Shown here piece by piece: positions 38,144 through 51,059 of a DNA stretch of 64,000 nucleotides (position 1 is the stretch's first letter; each line of letters begins with the position of its first letter). A model generated the notes under the pieces. That model saw nothing but the letters and a program-made list of their open reading frames with translations. It was not told the DNA's origin and ran no database searches. The position numbers were made by a program, and so were the translations under genes. Location of the stretch: NCBI RefSeq assembly GCF_004010195.1, contig NC_057718.1:65043548-65107547 (forward strand), written 5' to 3'. The stretch comes from Chiloscyllium plagiosum. Its lineage: Eukaryota.

Positions 38144-40514
38144 AAGATAGGGAGCCTCTGGAGTAGCAAGTTGTCTGGTGTTATGATCTCCTCTGCACCA
38201 CCCCTTCCACCAGTTCCTCCATATGCCTGGCCACAAAGCGAGGTGCCAATTTTCCCCTCTCTGTCATTTCTGGGGCAAATGTTAGGAAACATGCAGAGGC
38301 AGCTCCAGGTTGCCACTGCTTGTCTGGATGCATATAACTTTTTAAAGGTGGCTCCAATGCCAAGGAATGCTAGTCAATTCTGGGAAATTCTGGCAATAGT
38401 GATTGGTTTCAAGTTTGGCAGATTGGTAGAGTTGGGCTAGAATCAGGAAAGAGGGATGATATGGGGTGGGGTAAGTAGTTGATGAGACAAGTTTCATAAG
38501 ATGTATTAAAAGATATTGCTAGGTCTCAGGCAGAAACCCTCTATAAAACCTGATACAATTGAAACTTAGCCAACAAAAGTAAGTTTGTTGAATCTTAAAA
38601 TTTTTAACTTAATGAGTGCTTTTTGTTGAAAAGTAGAGCAATTGTCAAGGATATGTATTTGAATAGTATTTATTGGTAAGAGTCTACACTGGCACCCATC
38701 ATTAAAACGTTCACAGAAACATTGTTTCTTTTATGCATCTAGAAATTATTTTGAAAACAACTGGATTTCTCAGGAGAGCTATTATATATTTTCTGCAGTC
38801 TAATTGTGCTGATAGATCTGCTGTGTTGTTAAATTATATTGTGTAAAACTGAAGTTACACCTCCAGCTCTGAGAGCTTTTCAATTCTCTAATCAATTTGC
38901 CAAGCCTTGCAAGTTAGCAAAGGTCAAACTTTGTTCATTTTGAAATTCATCAGCAATTTTCTTTGAACAACACTGACACTGGTAGCTCTCAGTATATGTC
39001 CTCAACATCTGAACATTGACAAGTCACCCACAGACTTGGCAGCTTAAATAATGTTACAGGTTACATGTAATAACTACAGCAAAGCCTTATTGTCATGGAA
39101 TATCATATAATTATGTTTACTGGGGGAATAAAATAAAGTGCCCATGCATTTATACGATAGCCCAAGGAATGACAATATTGCTCCAGTGAAATGAATGCAT
39201 TTTTGCACCATTGCAGATTGATAGAAAGAAGTATCTGGCATTTACATAATATTAGAATCACTTTTGTGTAAATAAAGTGAAGTCTTCTGATTTCAGGATT
39301 AATAAGACAATGTCCTGAAGGAAATTGTAAAATTCACAAACACCAATATTTGCCTTGTACAACAGTTAGCTGTGGTTCAGAAAGTCTGTGTTTTCAATCT
39401 TCATTTCAGAAATTAAAACACAAAAGTAGCCTGACAATGACATCTAAACCATTAATGACTATCCAAGAGGTACAGGTCTTTCTGCTGTTACATGACAGTT
39501 GCATTCCTCTGCAACCCCATGTTATAGAAAATTGGACTGTAGAAGGTCAATATAGAAAATCACTATATCCATTCAGTAGAAGGTTCGCATTACCTAATCA
39601 TCAATTTGTCAATCGTATTATAGCCAATTCATGTTGATGAAACGCACATTATAGCAGAACAACCTGTAGTTTAAAAGCAGCTATGATTATAGACCTCATG
39701 ACGCATGATGACAAAGTTCTAGACTGAAAGTACATGGACTGCAATGACAAATACTGCAGGTATACACAACAATTGATTGTTTTATTGCACAGAGAAGCAC
39801 GCAGAAATACAGCTTGTGATGATGAATTTAGGAAGTAGGATACAAGGTCTGAATCATGCAATTTTATGATAGAATTTAGAATTTATTACTTTCAGCACAC
39901 AGCTCCACACCACATCAAAGTATATCAAGATTACTTTAATAGAGGATAGCATGTCTATATAATTTTGCATTGTTCATTTTGAATGGATGGAAATTAATAT
40001 GGCACACTGACCTCAGAACATGATGTATTCTGTCACACACCTCTGTGCTGGGTTCTCTAATTTGTCAAATCTATCCCTTATTTACTAATGGGCATCTGGC
40101 AAGGGCTCCCTCTCTCTTCCTCTTGATTTTTTTTTATCGTTTATTTGATAGAATATCTTGGATTTCTGAGTCACATTTGTTATGAAAAAAGACTTAAACT
40201 ATTTTATCTCTGAAAAATAAAAAAAAAAGCAGAGATGGCTGTAGAGAGGTTGAACTGGGATGAATAACGCTAATGAATAAACTGATTCACCGATCTGTAT
40301 CTGAGACCAAACGGGGGGTGCAGGGTCAAGTTGGTTTTATTCAGTTATGAGGATATGTTGACTTAGTATTCAAAAAAAATTATTTTGTATAGCTTAGAGA
40401 GGGACATATGGGGTGAATAAAGGTCATTCAGTCTGATATAACAAAAGTTAAATATTTGGAGCCAAATTCTGATGCAAGGTCACTCTTTAGTATTAATCTG
40501 TCTTTTCCGTTTTG

Positions 40515-40920
40515 GCCAGATGTGTTTAAGGCCCACTCGAAGAACTGAGCACAAAAATGTAGGTTGACACTGCAGTATATTACTGAGGGAGTGCTGCACT
40601 TTTAGAGGTCCCATCTTTTCAATGAGATATTAAACTGCAACTCTGCCTGTCTCTTCAGCTGGTTATGAAACATCTCTTTTCTCTTTTTGGAACAACACCA
40701 GAGGAATTATCCCCGTGTCTGATACTTATCTCTCAATTGTCATCATAAAAACAGATGATCTGATCATTTTCACATTGTTGTTCCAGGAACTTTGTTTTGA
40801 TTAAATTGACTGCATTTCCTACAATAGTGGCTGTATTTAAGAAATATGTAATTGTTGGTAAAGCACTTGGGGATGATTTATGGTTGTGAATGGAGTGACG
40901 TAAATTCAGGTCTTTCTTAC
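40515..40920 (+). mobile_element. Deu-domain SINE (SacSINE1/AmnSINE1-related)
   Basis: ACTGAGGGAGTGCTGCAC...GAGATATTAAAC...AAAACAGATGATCTGATCATT...TAAAGCACTTGGG...TCTTTC follows the recalled DeuSINE consensus. Confidence 0.75.
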
Positions 40921-40999
40921 TTTTTCAACTTTAAAACCTTAGTACAGAAATTATATGTTAACAATAGATGAATGTTTTACTTATCCATTTTATTATTAA

Positions 41000-41340
41000 C
41001 ATCCTTTCATGGAATGTGGGCATAACTAGTAAGGTCAGCATTTGATGCCAGACTAAACTGTCCTTGAATGAACTGACTCAACTTGTTGTGGATCTAGAAT
41101 CATATGTAGACCAAGTAAAGATGAAAAATTTTCTTCCCTAAATGACAGGACCAATAGGTGTCACAGCCACACAATAGCTTTATGATCTCTATTACTGAGA
41201 CAAACATTGAATTTGAGATCGTATTGATTCAATTCTTATTAATTCAAAACCAGCTGCCCTGGTGGGATTTGACCATTGCCCTGAGAGAATTACCCTAGGT
41301 TTCTAGCTTTTCTCAGCCAGTGACATTACCATTCTGTCAT
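41000..41340 (-). mobile_element. Old tRNA-type SINE sharing its tail with the LINE family at 17550-17616
   Basis: CATGGAATGTGGGCAT...CAGCATTTGATGCC tail; GGTGGGATTTGACC antisense B-box-like. Confidence 0.55.
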
Positions 41341-42310
41341 TACCTCCTACTGGTCTCACTGTAAGCATTAGCCTGTTTAAAACTGTCCTGCTTTTGAAAA
41401 GCATGGGAGCAAACGTGGCTCAAGAAACTACAGACCAGTGGCATGATGCTGGATTTCCAAAGCCTAATGGAAATGGGAATGGAGGCATATAGGCCCAAAT
41501 GTTCCTGCTGCTGGCTGGCAGCTTGTTGATAAACCCCCATCCAGTGCCATTTTCAAGAAAGATGGGTCAGGTATGGAACAGGTACCTGCCTGTGAGGGAA
41601 ATCTTCCAGTTGGCAAGCAGGCCTCGTTGGGTATTCAAAGCCTTGGCAGTGAGCAGGTCAGGCAGCTAGTGCTCCTCCTATTGGAAAGGAGCACAGTTAC
41701 AGCCATTGTCAGCATAAGGATCAGCTAGCAGCTGTAATCTCTTGTTAATTTTCTAATGTAAAAGTGTGTTCTCTTTTTTCTCACTTTCTCCTACATACCT
41801 ATACCTACAGCCGCAGATGACTGAGCTCTGTGAGTTTGGGCCAAAGGACCTCCTGTTTGATGATAACCCCTGTCCTCTGGCCCTTATATTCTTGCACTTT
41901 AAAATTGTATCGGGAAACTATTTCAGACTGAATGCAGAATCAAAGGTTCTGCCGCAGTTAGTTTTCTGACCTCATAATATATAGGCATAATATTATTCAT
42001 TAAAGATGGCAATTTCCAAACAGGTTCAAGTCTTATGCTGTCATCTTTGTGCAGGTCGCACAGTTACTCCACAAACATCCTGCCACGAAACATAATTACT
42101 TTGATTCTAAGCAGGATTTTCAGATTAGGTGCTGTGGAGATAGGGTGTGCCAGAAGTGAGAGGCCCGAAGACTATTGGGTATTTATGTAAGAGAAGTTGT
42201 TCTTCCATAGGATGCTCACCTAATGAGAAAGTTTGCCTTCAATCTGCCTGCCCTTCCCTCAGAAACCCTCAGGTATGTGGTAGCAAGCAATTTAGTGAGC
42301 CATTACTGAA

Positions 42311-42639
42311 TTAGATTAGATTAGATTACATTACATTACATTACAATGCGGAAACAGGCCCTTCGGCCCAACAAGTCCACACCGACCCGCCGAAGCGCAA
42401 CCCACCCAGACCCCTACATGTACCCCTTACCTAACACTACGGGCAATTTAGCATGGCCAATTCACCTGACCTGCACATCTTTGGACTGTGGGAGGAAACC
42501 GGAGCACCCGGAGGAAACCCACGCAGACACGGGGAGAATGTGCAAACTCCACACAGTCAGTCGCCTGAAGTGGGAATTGAACCCGGGTCTCAGGCGCTGT
42601 GAGGCAGCAGTGCTAACTGCTGTGTCACCGTGCCGCCCA
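42311..42639 (-). mobile_element. Full-length young HE1-type SINE
   Basis: Complete head and V-domain; (TTAGA)n(TTACA)n tail. Confidence 0.93.
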
Positions 42640-42832
42640 CTAGGAAGCACTTGGAAGGAAGCGCTCTTGTTCTTCAGCTCCAAAATGTTTATTTACCATA
42701 AGCTAAATAAAATGATCATCCTGTTCATCAACAACAAACTTTCTAGAGTCTCTTTTCAGCAGCCACTTATCAAAAGACAAGGTCAGAGGTCACACAACAC
42801 CAGGTTTTAGTTCAATAGGTTTATTTTAATCA

Positions 42833-42864
42833 CAAACTTTCAGAGCGTTGCTCTTTCATCAGAT
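42833..42864 (-). ncRNA. Hammerhead-like motif in PLE family 2 terminus
   Basis: CUGAUGA-A-AGAGC-AAC-GCUCU-GAAAG-UUU; stem I weak. Confidence 0.55.
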
Positions 42865-42954
42865 AAAGTGGAGGGAGGCGCACAGGCAAAGAATATTTGG
42901 GTGGAGAGATAATGGCAACATAATTCCAAGTAATTAAGAGAGTGTCAACAGATG

Positions 42955-43790
42955 GGTTGTTTTTCAGACTGGAGGCCTGTGACCAGTGGAGTGCCACAAG
43001 GATCGATCCTGAGTCCTTTACTTTTTGTCATTTACATAAATGATTTGGATGCCAGCATAAGAGGTACAGTTAGTAAGTTTGCAGATGACCCCAATATTGG
43101 AGGTGTAGTGGACAGTGAAGAAGGTTACCTCAGATTACAACAGGACCTTGACCAGATGGACCAATGGTCTGAGAAGTGGCAGATGGAGTTTAATTCAGAT
43201 AAATGCGAGATGCTGCATTTTGGGAAAGTAAATCTTAGCAGGACTTATACACTTCATGGTAGGGTCCTCGGGAGTGTTGCTGAACAAAGATACCTTGGAG
43301 TGCAGGTTTATAGCTCCTTGAAATTGGAGTCGCAGGTAGATAGGATAGTGAAGAAGGCATTTGATATTGAGTACAGGAGTTGGGAGGTCTGCTGCGGCTG
43401 TACAGGAGTTGGGAGGGGGTGACCTTATAGAGGTTTAGAAAATTATGAGGGGCATGGATAGGATAAATAGACAAATGGGATCGGGGAGTCCAGAACTAGA
43501 GGGCATAGGTTTAGGGTGAGAGGGGAAAGATATAAAAGAGACCAAAGGGGCAACGTTTTCATGCGGAGGGTGGTACGTGTATGGAATGAGCTGCCAGAGG
43601 ATGTGGTAGAGGCTGGTACAGTTGCAACCTTTAAGAGGCATTTGGATGGGTATATGAATAGGAAGGGTTTAGAGGGATATGGGCCGGGTTTTGGCAGATG
43701 GGACTAGATTGAGTTGTGATATCTGGTCAGCATGGATGAGTTGGATCGAAGGGTCTGTTTCCATGCTGCATATCTCTATGACTCTATGAC
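42955..43790 (+). mobile_element. CR1 nested in PLE, internally deleted
   Basis: SGVPQGSILSP, KFADDP; tail at 43775-43790; flanks TCAACAGATG/TCAATAAATG. Confidence 0.92.
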
Positions 43791-46624
43791 TCAATAAATG
43801 TCTGGAATAATATGAGTAGGTATCAGCGTAGCAGGATGAGGGTCTAACCAAAGTAACAAGTAATTAAAAATTGTACAAACTAATTAAGATAGATAAATAA
43901 TAATAAGTAATTAAGGGAATAGTGTCAAAAGAGAACAGTCAGGAAGATTTTACAAACATAGAACAGTATGATGGGGTTACATGTAGTGTGACATGAACCC
44001 AAGATCATGGTTGAGGCTGTTCTAATTAGTATGGAATTTGGTTATCAGTTTCTGCTTGGCAATCCTGCATTCTCGTGTATCTTGAAGACCGCCTTGAAGG
44101 ATGCTTAACCGAAGATTGGAGGCAGAATTTTCTTGATGCTAAGGTGTTTCATGACTGGAAGGGAATGCTCCTGTCTTGCGATTGTTGAACGGGATCCGTT
44201 CATCTGCTGTTGTAGTGCCTGCATGGTCTCACCAATATACCATGCCATCAATATACATCCTTTCCTGCAGCATGTGAGGTAGACAGCATTGGCTGAGTTG
44301 CATGAATACGTCCTGTGTACCTGTTGGGTGGTGTTCCCCACGTGAATGTAGTATCCATGTCGATGATTTGACATGTCCTGCAGAGGTTGCTGTGGCAGGT
44401 TTGTGTAGTGTGCTAATCACTGTTCTCCTGCAGGCTGGTAGTTTGCTAAGAACGATAGTTTGAGGTTAGGTGACTGTTTGAAGGTGAGTGGTGGAGGCAT
44501 GTTCATCATATCAATGACATGCTGAAGGCTGCAAAGGGCATGGCATAGTTTCTCCTCTCCAGGGAAGTACTGGATGACAAAGGATACTCTATCGGTCATG
44601 TCCCGTGTCTGTCAATCAGGCAACGAGACTCTGTGTGAGAATCTCTCTAGCTATGTCAAGGGCATCTTGAAGTCCACTGTACAAGGAACCCCCAACTTCT
44701 GTTGTAACACTGCAGCTTTCTTACAGAAACTCGTCACCCATTGACCAGTCAAACAGGAACAGTCATCATCATGATGGACATTACAGCAGTCTATACTAGC
44801 GTCCCTGACAACAACCATATCGCTACAACAGCCTCAGTACGCAACACCAACAGCTGCCAATTTCCAGACACTATACTACAATTCATCTGCTACATTCTTG
44901 GCCACAATGTCTTCACACAACCAGCTCATCAGTCAACCACATGGAACACCCAAGCAACCAAATTTGTACCCCAACATTTTCACGCACAATTTTAAGAAAG
45001 ATTTCTTTGCTGCACAGGACCTCCAATCAGCACTATACACCAGATACATCAATGATATTTTCTTCATTTAGACTCATGGTGAAGAATCACTGAATTGATT
45101 ACATGATGATATCAACAAGTTTCATCTTACCATCAGACTTCAGAATCTGTTTCATTAATCGTCAACACACGCATCCTCATCAAGGACAGACATTTCAGTA
45201 CTTCACTCATCTGCAAACCCAAGGATAACTTCATGTTGCTTCACTTCTCTAGCTTGCACCTTGCACATATTAAAGAAGGCATTCCTTTCGGATAAGCCTT
45301 GTGTATACACAGGATCTGTTCAGACAAGGACGAATGCAGCTGACACCTACAGATGCGCTCATAAGAATGGGATATGATGCTCAACTCATCGATTGACAGT
45401 TCTGACATGCCACAGCGAAGACATTTGTCCACCCCAGTCCAACACTGGCATCTCCACATCATGGTTACCAAAAGTCTTTAGTAGTTAGTCCAATGTCTGA
45501 GCAAGTTGAGCATGGACTATCCCACTGTTGACATGATATGCTATGCATCCTTTTTAGATATAAAATAAAATAGATGATACCCAGACCAATTTCTAAGTTT
45601 TGAGTGTGAAGAGAAAACTTTGTAGAATCTTTACTTAGCCATTAAAACAGATCGCATAAAATCCATGCTGGAATAGACTGAACCAGACCTTTGAATTGCC
45701 ATACATTTGAAAGTAGATACTGTACAGATGCAGAGCCTATGTGGATGGCAATGAAAGCACTGAAAAACACAATCATGCTCTGAAGCTGTTAGGAAACTGA
45801 CTCAATATTTAACAATCGAGAATTTCATTTTAACATCTAACATATGAGAAAGGTTAATTTTGAAATAAGCTCTTAACAAGCACAGACATCCCTCATATTA
45901 CTTCACAATCTAACACTCAAACGCTGGTCAAAATATAACGGCATGAGTCATACAAACCAGTGTCCACTGTCAGAGTGTGTTATACCTTTATGTCGAATAA
46001 ACATACTACGATGTGGTATATGCAAGTAACTTGCTTATAAATGGCATGGCACCAGATGTATTATAATTGTTTTTGAATCAACAGGTCAATAGAAAAGGAG
46101 AATTATCACGATTGTGAGAACCAGACACCTTTTTTCTGGGAGTATAGGGAGTGCAATGACCTTTGTTATTATTAAGGAAACCATTGTCTCAAGCAATAAC
46201 TGAAAACTTGGGCACCAAGTTGTAGCGTAAAGTATAGTTTTCCTGGGTCAGATGCAGCAATAACAAACAGAGAAAAGCTCCTGTTCTTTGCCTTTAGAGC
46301 GCAGAGGAGCGGTCTGGAAGTGCCAGTGCTCCATATGATTTCTGCTGCAGTACCCTGTGCAGCAGATTCTAATTTGCATTTAATTTTCAGCAGCTAGTGC
46401 TACAGGCTCACACGCATTAGGACCTTCTCCACATACTTCGAAGCCCTTTTAAGAGATAGAAAACTTGCACTTGATCACTTCGTCAGCTTGCAATGGATTC
46501 AGACTAAAACCAAACTAAGGCTGTTACCTCAGTTTCAGTAGACAACCCCACAACAGATTTGCTTAAACTGCTGCATAAACTGAGAGTATCAACACCGTGT
46601 CACCAAGGCCGATGGGTTCTATAA

Positions 46625-46750
46625 ATGATTTGGAGCTGCCAGAGTTGGACTGGGGTGGACAAAGTCAGAAGTCACACAATACGAGGTTATAGTCCAACAG
46701 ATTTATTTGAAATCACAAGCTTTTGGAGTGTTGCTCCGTCATCAGGTGAA
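46625..46750 (-). mobile_element. Solo PLE terminal repeat (family 2), hammerhead with G12 mutated; partial plus-strand copy at about 46797-46850
   Basis: Minus strand UCAC-CUGAUGA-C-GGAGC-AAC-ACUCC-AAAAG-CUU-GUGA. Confidence 0.8.
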
Positions 46751-47519
46751 GTGCCAGACCATTCATAAATGCTGTCAGCAAAGTTTAATTAAAAAACCCC
46801 TTCACTTGATGAAGGAGCAACCTGGTTTCATGCAACTTCTGATTTCAGTAAAACACATTTCAATTTTCATCCAGATCACATTATACTCAGATCAGTTGTT
46901 TGTAAAATGTGTTTAAAGGGCATCTTTTTAAATTATAAATAATCAAAATCTATATCCCACAAAATCAGATTAATCTGTGCTAATGATGTTTGGCTGCAAC
47001 AGAACAAAAATCACAAAATAACATTCAGCTCATCTTTTTCACTTTTATACAGGTTTAACTTTACCAATTTGAAGCCATTAATTTGTCACATGTAGTATGA
47101 AGAGAACAGACTGCAAAAATCTATGGGATAAGAATTATCTCCCTCATGGATGGCTGGTTACAACCGATCTGACAACATTGACAACCAGGTCACAGCCTGA
47201 CCAGTAGGATATAAATCATATGGTAACTTTAATTGATCCTTTCTGCACTGTTCTGAAATGCTGGATAGGTCAAATGAAGGAGCAAACTGCCACACTACAC
47301 AGTCTGTTGTTTGTTATTACTATATTAAATAAACTCCCCATTATCTGGTACCCTGTTAACAGAACTTTCATGCAACCAGTAGAAGCAGGTTTCCTTGCTT
47401 TGGGAACTGATCATTTGGTTACCTCCCTCTGCTTTTAATTAAATCTTGGCGACAGTATTTATGAGTGGTCTGGCCGCAACCACCACATTCATATAACCAG
47501 CAGACCCCTTTCCCTAGAA

Positions 47520-47830
47520 ACCCTACAGTATGCCCATTGAGTCTACAGCAACCCTCCAAACCCATCCCACCCAGACACAATCCCCCACCCTATCCCCATA
47601 GCCATGCTTTAGCCATGGCTAATCCATCTTGCCTGCACATCACTGGATACTACACAACTTAGCAAGGTCAATTCACCTAACCTGCATATCTTTAGACTAT
47701 GGGAGGAAACCGGAGCACCTGACAGAAACTCACGCAGACATGGGGAGAATGTGCGAACTCCACACAGACAGTGACCTAAGGCTGGAATTGAACCTGGTTC
47801 CTGATGCTGTAGGGCAGCAATACTAACCAA
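47520..47830 (-). mobile_element. Older V-SINE
   Basis: GGGAGGAAACCGGAGCACC...GGGGAGAATGTGCGAACTCCACACAGAC. Confidence 0.85.
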
Positions 47831-48099
47831 CGTTTTACTGTAGTTGCTTTCCAGTCTACTATTCATACAGGAAATGTGAAAATGAACATGCTAATGAGAG
47901 GAATATAGGAATAAAAGTACACTTCTTAGCTACTTGTGCCTGTTTTGTGATGTCATGTTATATCTGCTGTGTAATTCTTTCTCCATATTCTGAAATACCT
48001 TTGTTTAATATAAATCTATAAAACCCAAACAAAAAGTTAACAATTAATCTGACATTGTCATTTGTGGAATAGAGCACTAAATTTGTACCATTGTTTATT

Positions 48100-49120
48100 T
48101 TGAAAACTCCTTCCTAACTCTCTTAAATGTTTATACTATGACCCATAGTCTGAGACTCCTTACCAGGCAGAAATAGTTTCTATTGTCCCAGTTGTTTCTC
48201 TAAATATTTTGAAAGTTTGATCAAATCACCATGTAATGTATCAATGTCTCTACACAAAATTATGCTCCAGCTACACTGTGAGAATCTTTATCATCGACAA
48301 AGTTGCATGTGTGACTTTGTGTCCCATCAGCTTAACAGTTTATATCCGAATAAAGGGCCTTCAAGTACACCACTGGTCATACTGTGCAAAACAGACCAGC
48401 ATCAATTTCCTGTTTTTTTGCCACTCAGCCAATTTCCTAACCAGGTTAGTAATCTGTCTTCAGCATCATGAATTGAACTTTAGTTAACAATCTCTTATGA
48501 GGGATTTCATCCAATTCCAACTGGAAGTCCACGTAAGCAATTTTCTTAAACATTTCCCTGTCCACTACACTAGCCACCTCTATAAAATAATTAATTAAGT
48601 TTGTCAGGCCTGACCTATCCTTTACAAAACAATACTGGCTCTAATTATTCTGTGAGATTTTAACAGAGTGACTTGTGCAAATTTCCATTCCAACTTTTCA
48701 GATAACTTCAGAAAATTTCAAAACGGTTTCTGAATTGAGAGATCTTTGGTGGATTATAATTTGCGAATCAGCAATGTTCTCATGTACTTCCTCTAAAATC
48801 CTGGAATAGAAATCATCTGGTCCCAAGGATTTGTCGATTTTCAGTGAGTTTTTTTTAAAATTGTTGTTATTGTGAATTTTGATGAGTCTCTGATTCGATG
48901 TTAGCTTTTTTTTTAGATGGCTAGTATACTGACTTTTACTGCAAACACTGGTGCAAAGAAACAATTCAACTTGTTCACCATTTCTTTATTTTCATCAACA
49001 ATATCTTAAGGGAACAACACTATTCTTAGTCACTATCATTCCCCTGTGTAAATGCAAAAGATTTCTTTAGAGTTTGACATCCCTTGCAAGTTCTTTTCAT
49101 TTTTCCTATTGTAACTCTTA
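48100..49120 (-). mobile_element. Old CR1 ORF2 remnant
   Basis: LKIDKSLGPDDFYSRILEEV in ORF 48698-48964. Confidence 0.7.
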
Positions 49121-49139
49121 AAATCTGCTGTGTTGGTCT

Positions 49140-50870
49140 GAATCTAAGGATTTTTGGCTAAGTTGCATTGTTACTTGGAGGGTAATTCACCGTGAGTTTA
49201 GCAAGATTTCTTACCACACTTATCAAACCTGCCTAACTAGACACCTACACTACCCCAAGGTACCCCTCACATCCAAAATTCCAGTCCCATCTTCCCACCT
49301 TTCCATTCCTGGAACAATTCTCCATTGTTGTGACACCCAGAATCAACTTGTATCCTTTGGATCAACACCATTTTAAAAAGCATATTGTGCACCGGAGCAA
49401 GCAGTGTCAGCCTGGAGCTCCTGCCATTTGCCTCAGACAGGGTAAATGGGGAAATTGGCATTCTGTTTTGCAGTCAGGAAACTAGAGATCCAGGTGGACA
49501 GGGTGATGCACTCTGACCCCCCAGAACCAGCACTGGAGGCTATGTCACCAAACTATGCCAACTTGGTCTGAGGTTGCTAACTGTGTGACAGCAGACTCAG
49601 CCATCTTGAAGGAGTGCCCAGCAATACAGGAAGAAGGTCACTGACTCTGGTAGCATATGTGCCGCCATCTTCTCTCCAGTGCCTCACATTCACTCTATCT
49701 CTGCTTCTGTACCCATCTCCTATGAAGGGTCACGCTCTACCACTCTCACTACTGCCTGCAACACCTTTCCTCACTTTTAGCCTCCCCAACCCCTGACACC
49801 ACTAACTCTGCATACCCTGTACGTTGCCTACCCACTCACTTGGAGCATAGCCCCATCTGCATGAAAAGATACATCCACTTGTATCTATTATAATACCTCT
49901 CTCTCTCTCTCTCATTCCAGGAGGAAAACAACCCATAAAAGGACAACATGAGTTAAGATGGATGTCCCATATTCAGTTCCTTGCCAATTATGAGGATATA
50001 ATTCTGAATCTTGACTCCCCCAAGCAGCTGACTAACCATCTCCAAACCGCTGGACTGGTATCAGAGACTTATTGTGCCAGGAACCCCTGACTTGAAGGCT
50101 TGATTTAGCTGAGGACATCTGGTCATCAAGACAAGTTTCCTTCCTTTGTGTCTGTACTAAATGGCAAGGCAAAAAGGAAAATTAGTATGAGTCTAGTAGT
50201 GCTGGCTCAGGGATAAGGCACAAAAAAATAGTGCAAGACAGGGATGCTCTGAGCATCCAGTTAGACTCAGAGTGACCGAGTGCTATGAGTGAAAGTGAGA
50301 AGCTCAAAGATACAGCGTGGTTCAGCCCATAAGCCGGATGCATGTCTCTGAGTCCTTGCTGCAGCATTACAATGATATTGCTGCACCTCAAACTGCATCA
50401 GCAAATGGAATGCTGAAGTGTCCTGTAATGGATTAGAGATGTGCCATAAGGGTGTTTAGGCGCTGGCACATATCCACAGATATGACGTTGTGTGACCAGT
50501 TCCCATGGAGCATGCTCTGAAATTTTGGTTTTTATTGTTTGACGTGGAGGAGCTTTAGAAATGCCGAGCTGAAGTTACCACGTACTCACTCTGATTTCCA
50601 TGTGAATAATTCTCGATGTCGAGCTTGCTAAGATCTGAAGCTGAACATTAATATGGCAAGTACACCATTAATAAGGTGTTCAACAAGCAACAATCCCCCC
50701 TAATTGGCAGCTCACTGCTGCCTGGCATTAAAGATTCCTTGCTTCTTGGCAAATGCAAAGAGGATACAGCAGGTTGCGCCCATCATCGAAATCGGCTGCG
50801 TAGGATTTCTCACATGATCCAACCATAGCTCTCACTATGGTCCACATTGTTTAGGCCCCAATAAGATTCA
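49140..50870 (+). mobile_element. Probable non-autonomous Harbinger element with Myb/SANT (trihelix) gene remnant
   Basis: 49552-49650 TMPTWSEVANCVTA..AQQYRKKVTD, GT..AG intron to 49920, then KTTHKR..IQFLANYED; ends GAATCT/AGATTC give a weak TIR. Confidence 0.5.
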
Positions 50871-51059
50871 ATCTATTGTTTTAATTACCTGTTTTACTTC
50901 CAATTAAACTGAAATACATGCTGATTAAATGAAACAGCATTGTTAAACCAAACTAAATAAAGCACTTCATGATATTATACGGACAGCATGAACAATGCAT
51001 GGATAAACGTTCACATTTTGAACTGAACATGCAAGAAATAGGGAAAGCGTGGTGAGACC

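Larger units (their letters stand above)
42777..45464 (-). mobile_element. Penelope-like element (family 2): GIY-YIG and 3' end on minus (42777-44610), RT inverted on plus (44611-45420)
   Basis: SANAVYLTCC...WYIGET (GIY-YIG); MDITAVYTSVP and YTRYINDIFF (PLE RT); TSD TTATCAAAAG/TTACCAAAAG at 42767-42776 and 45465-45474. Confidence 0.88.

Noticed and set aside
42560..42639. tRNA gene
   Set aside because: A and B boxes belong to a SINE head followed by V-domain and LINE-like tail
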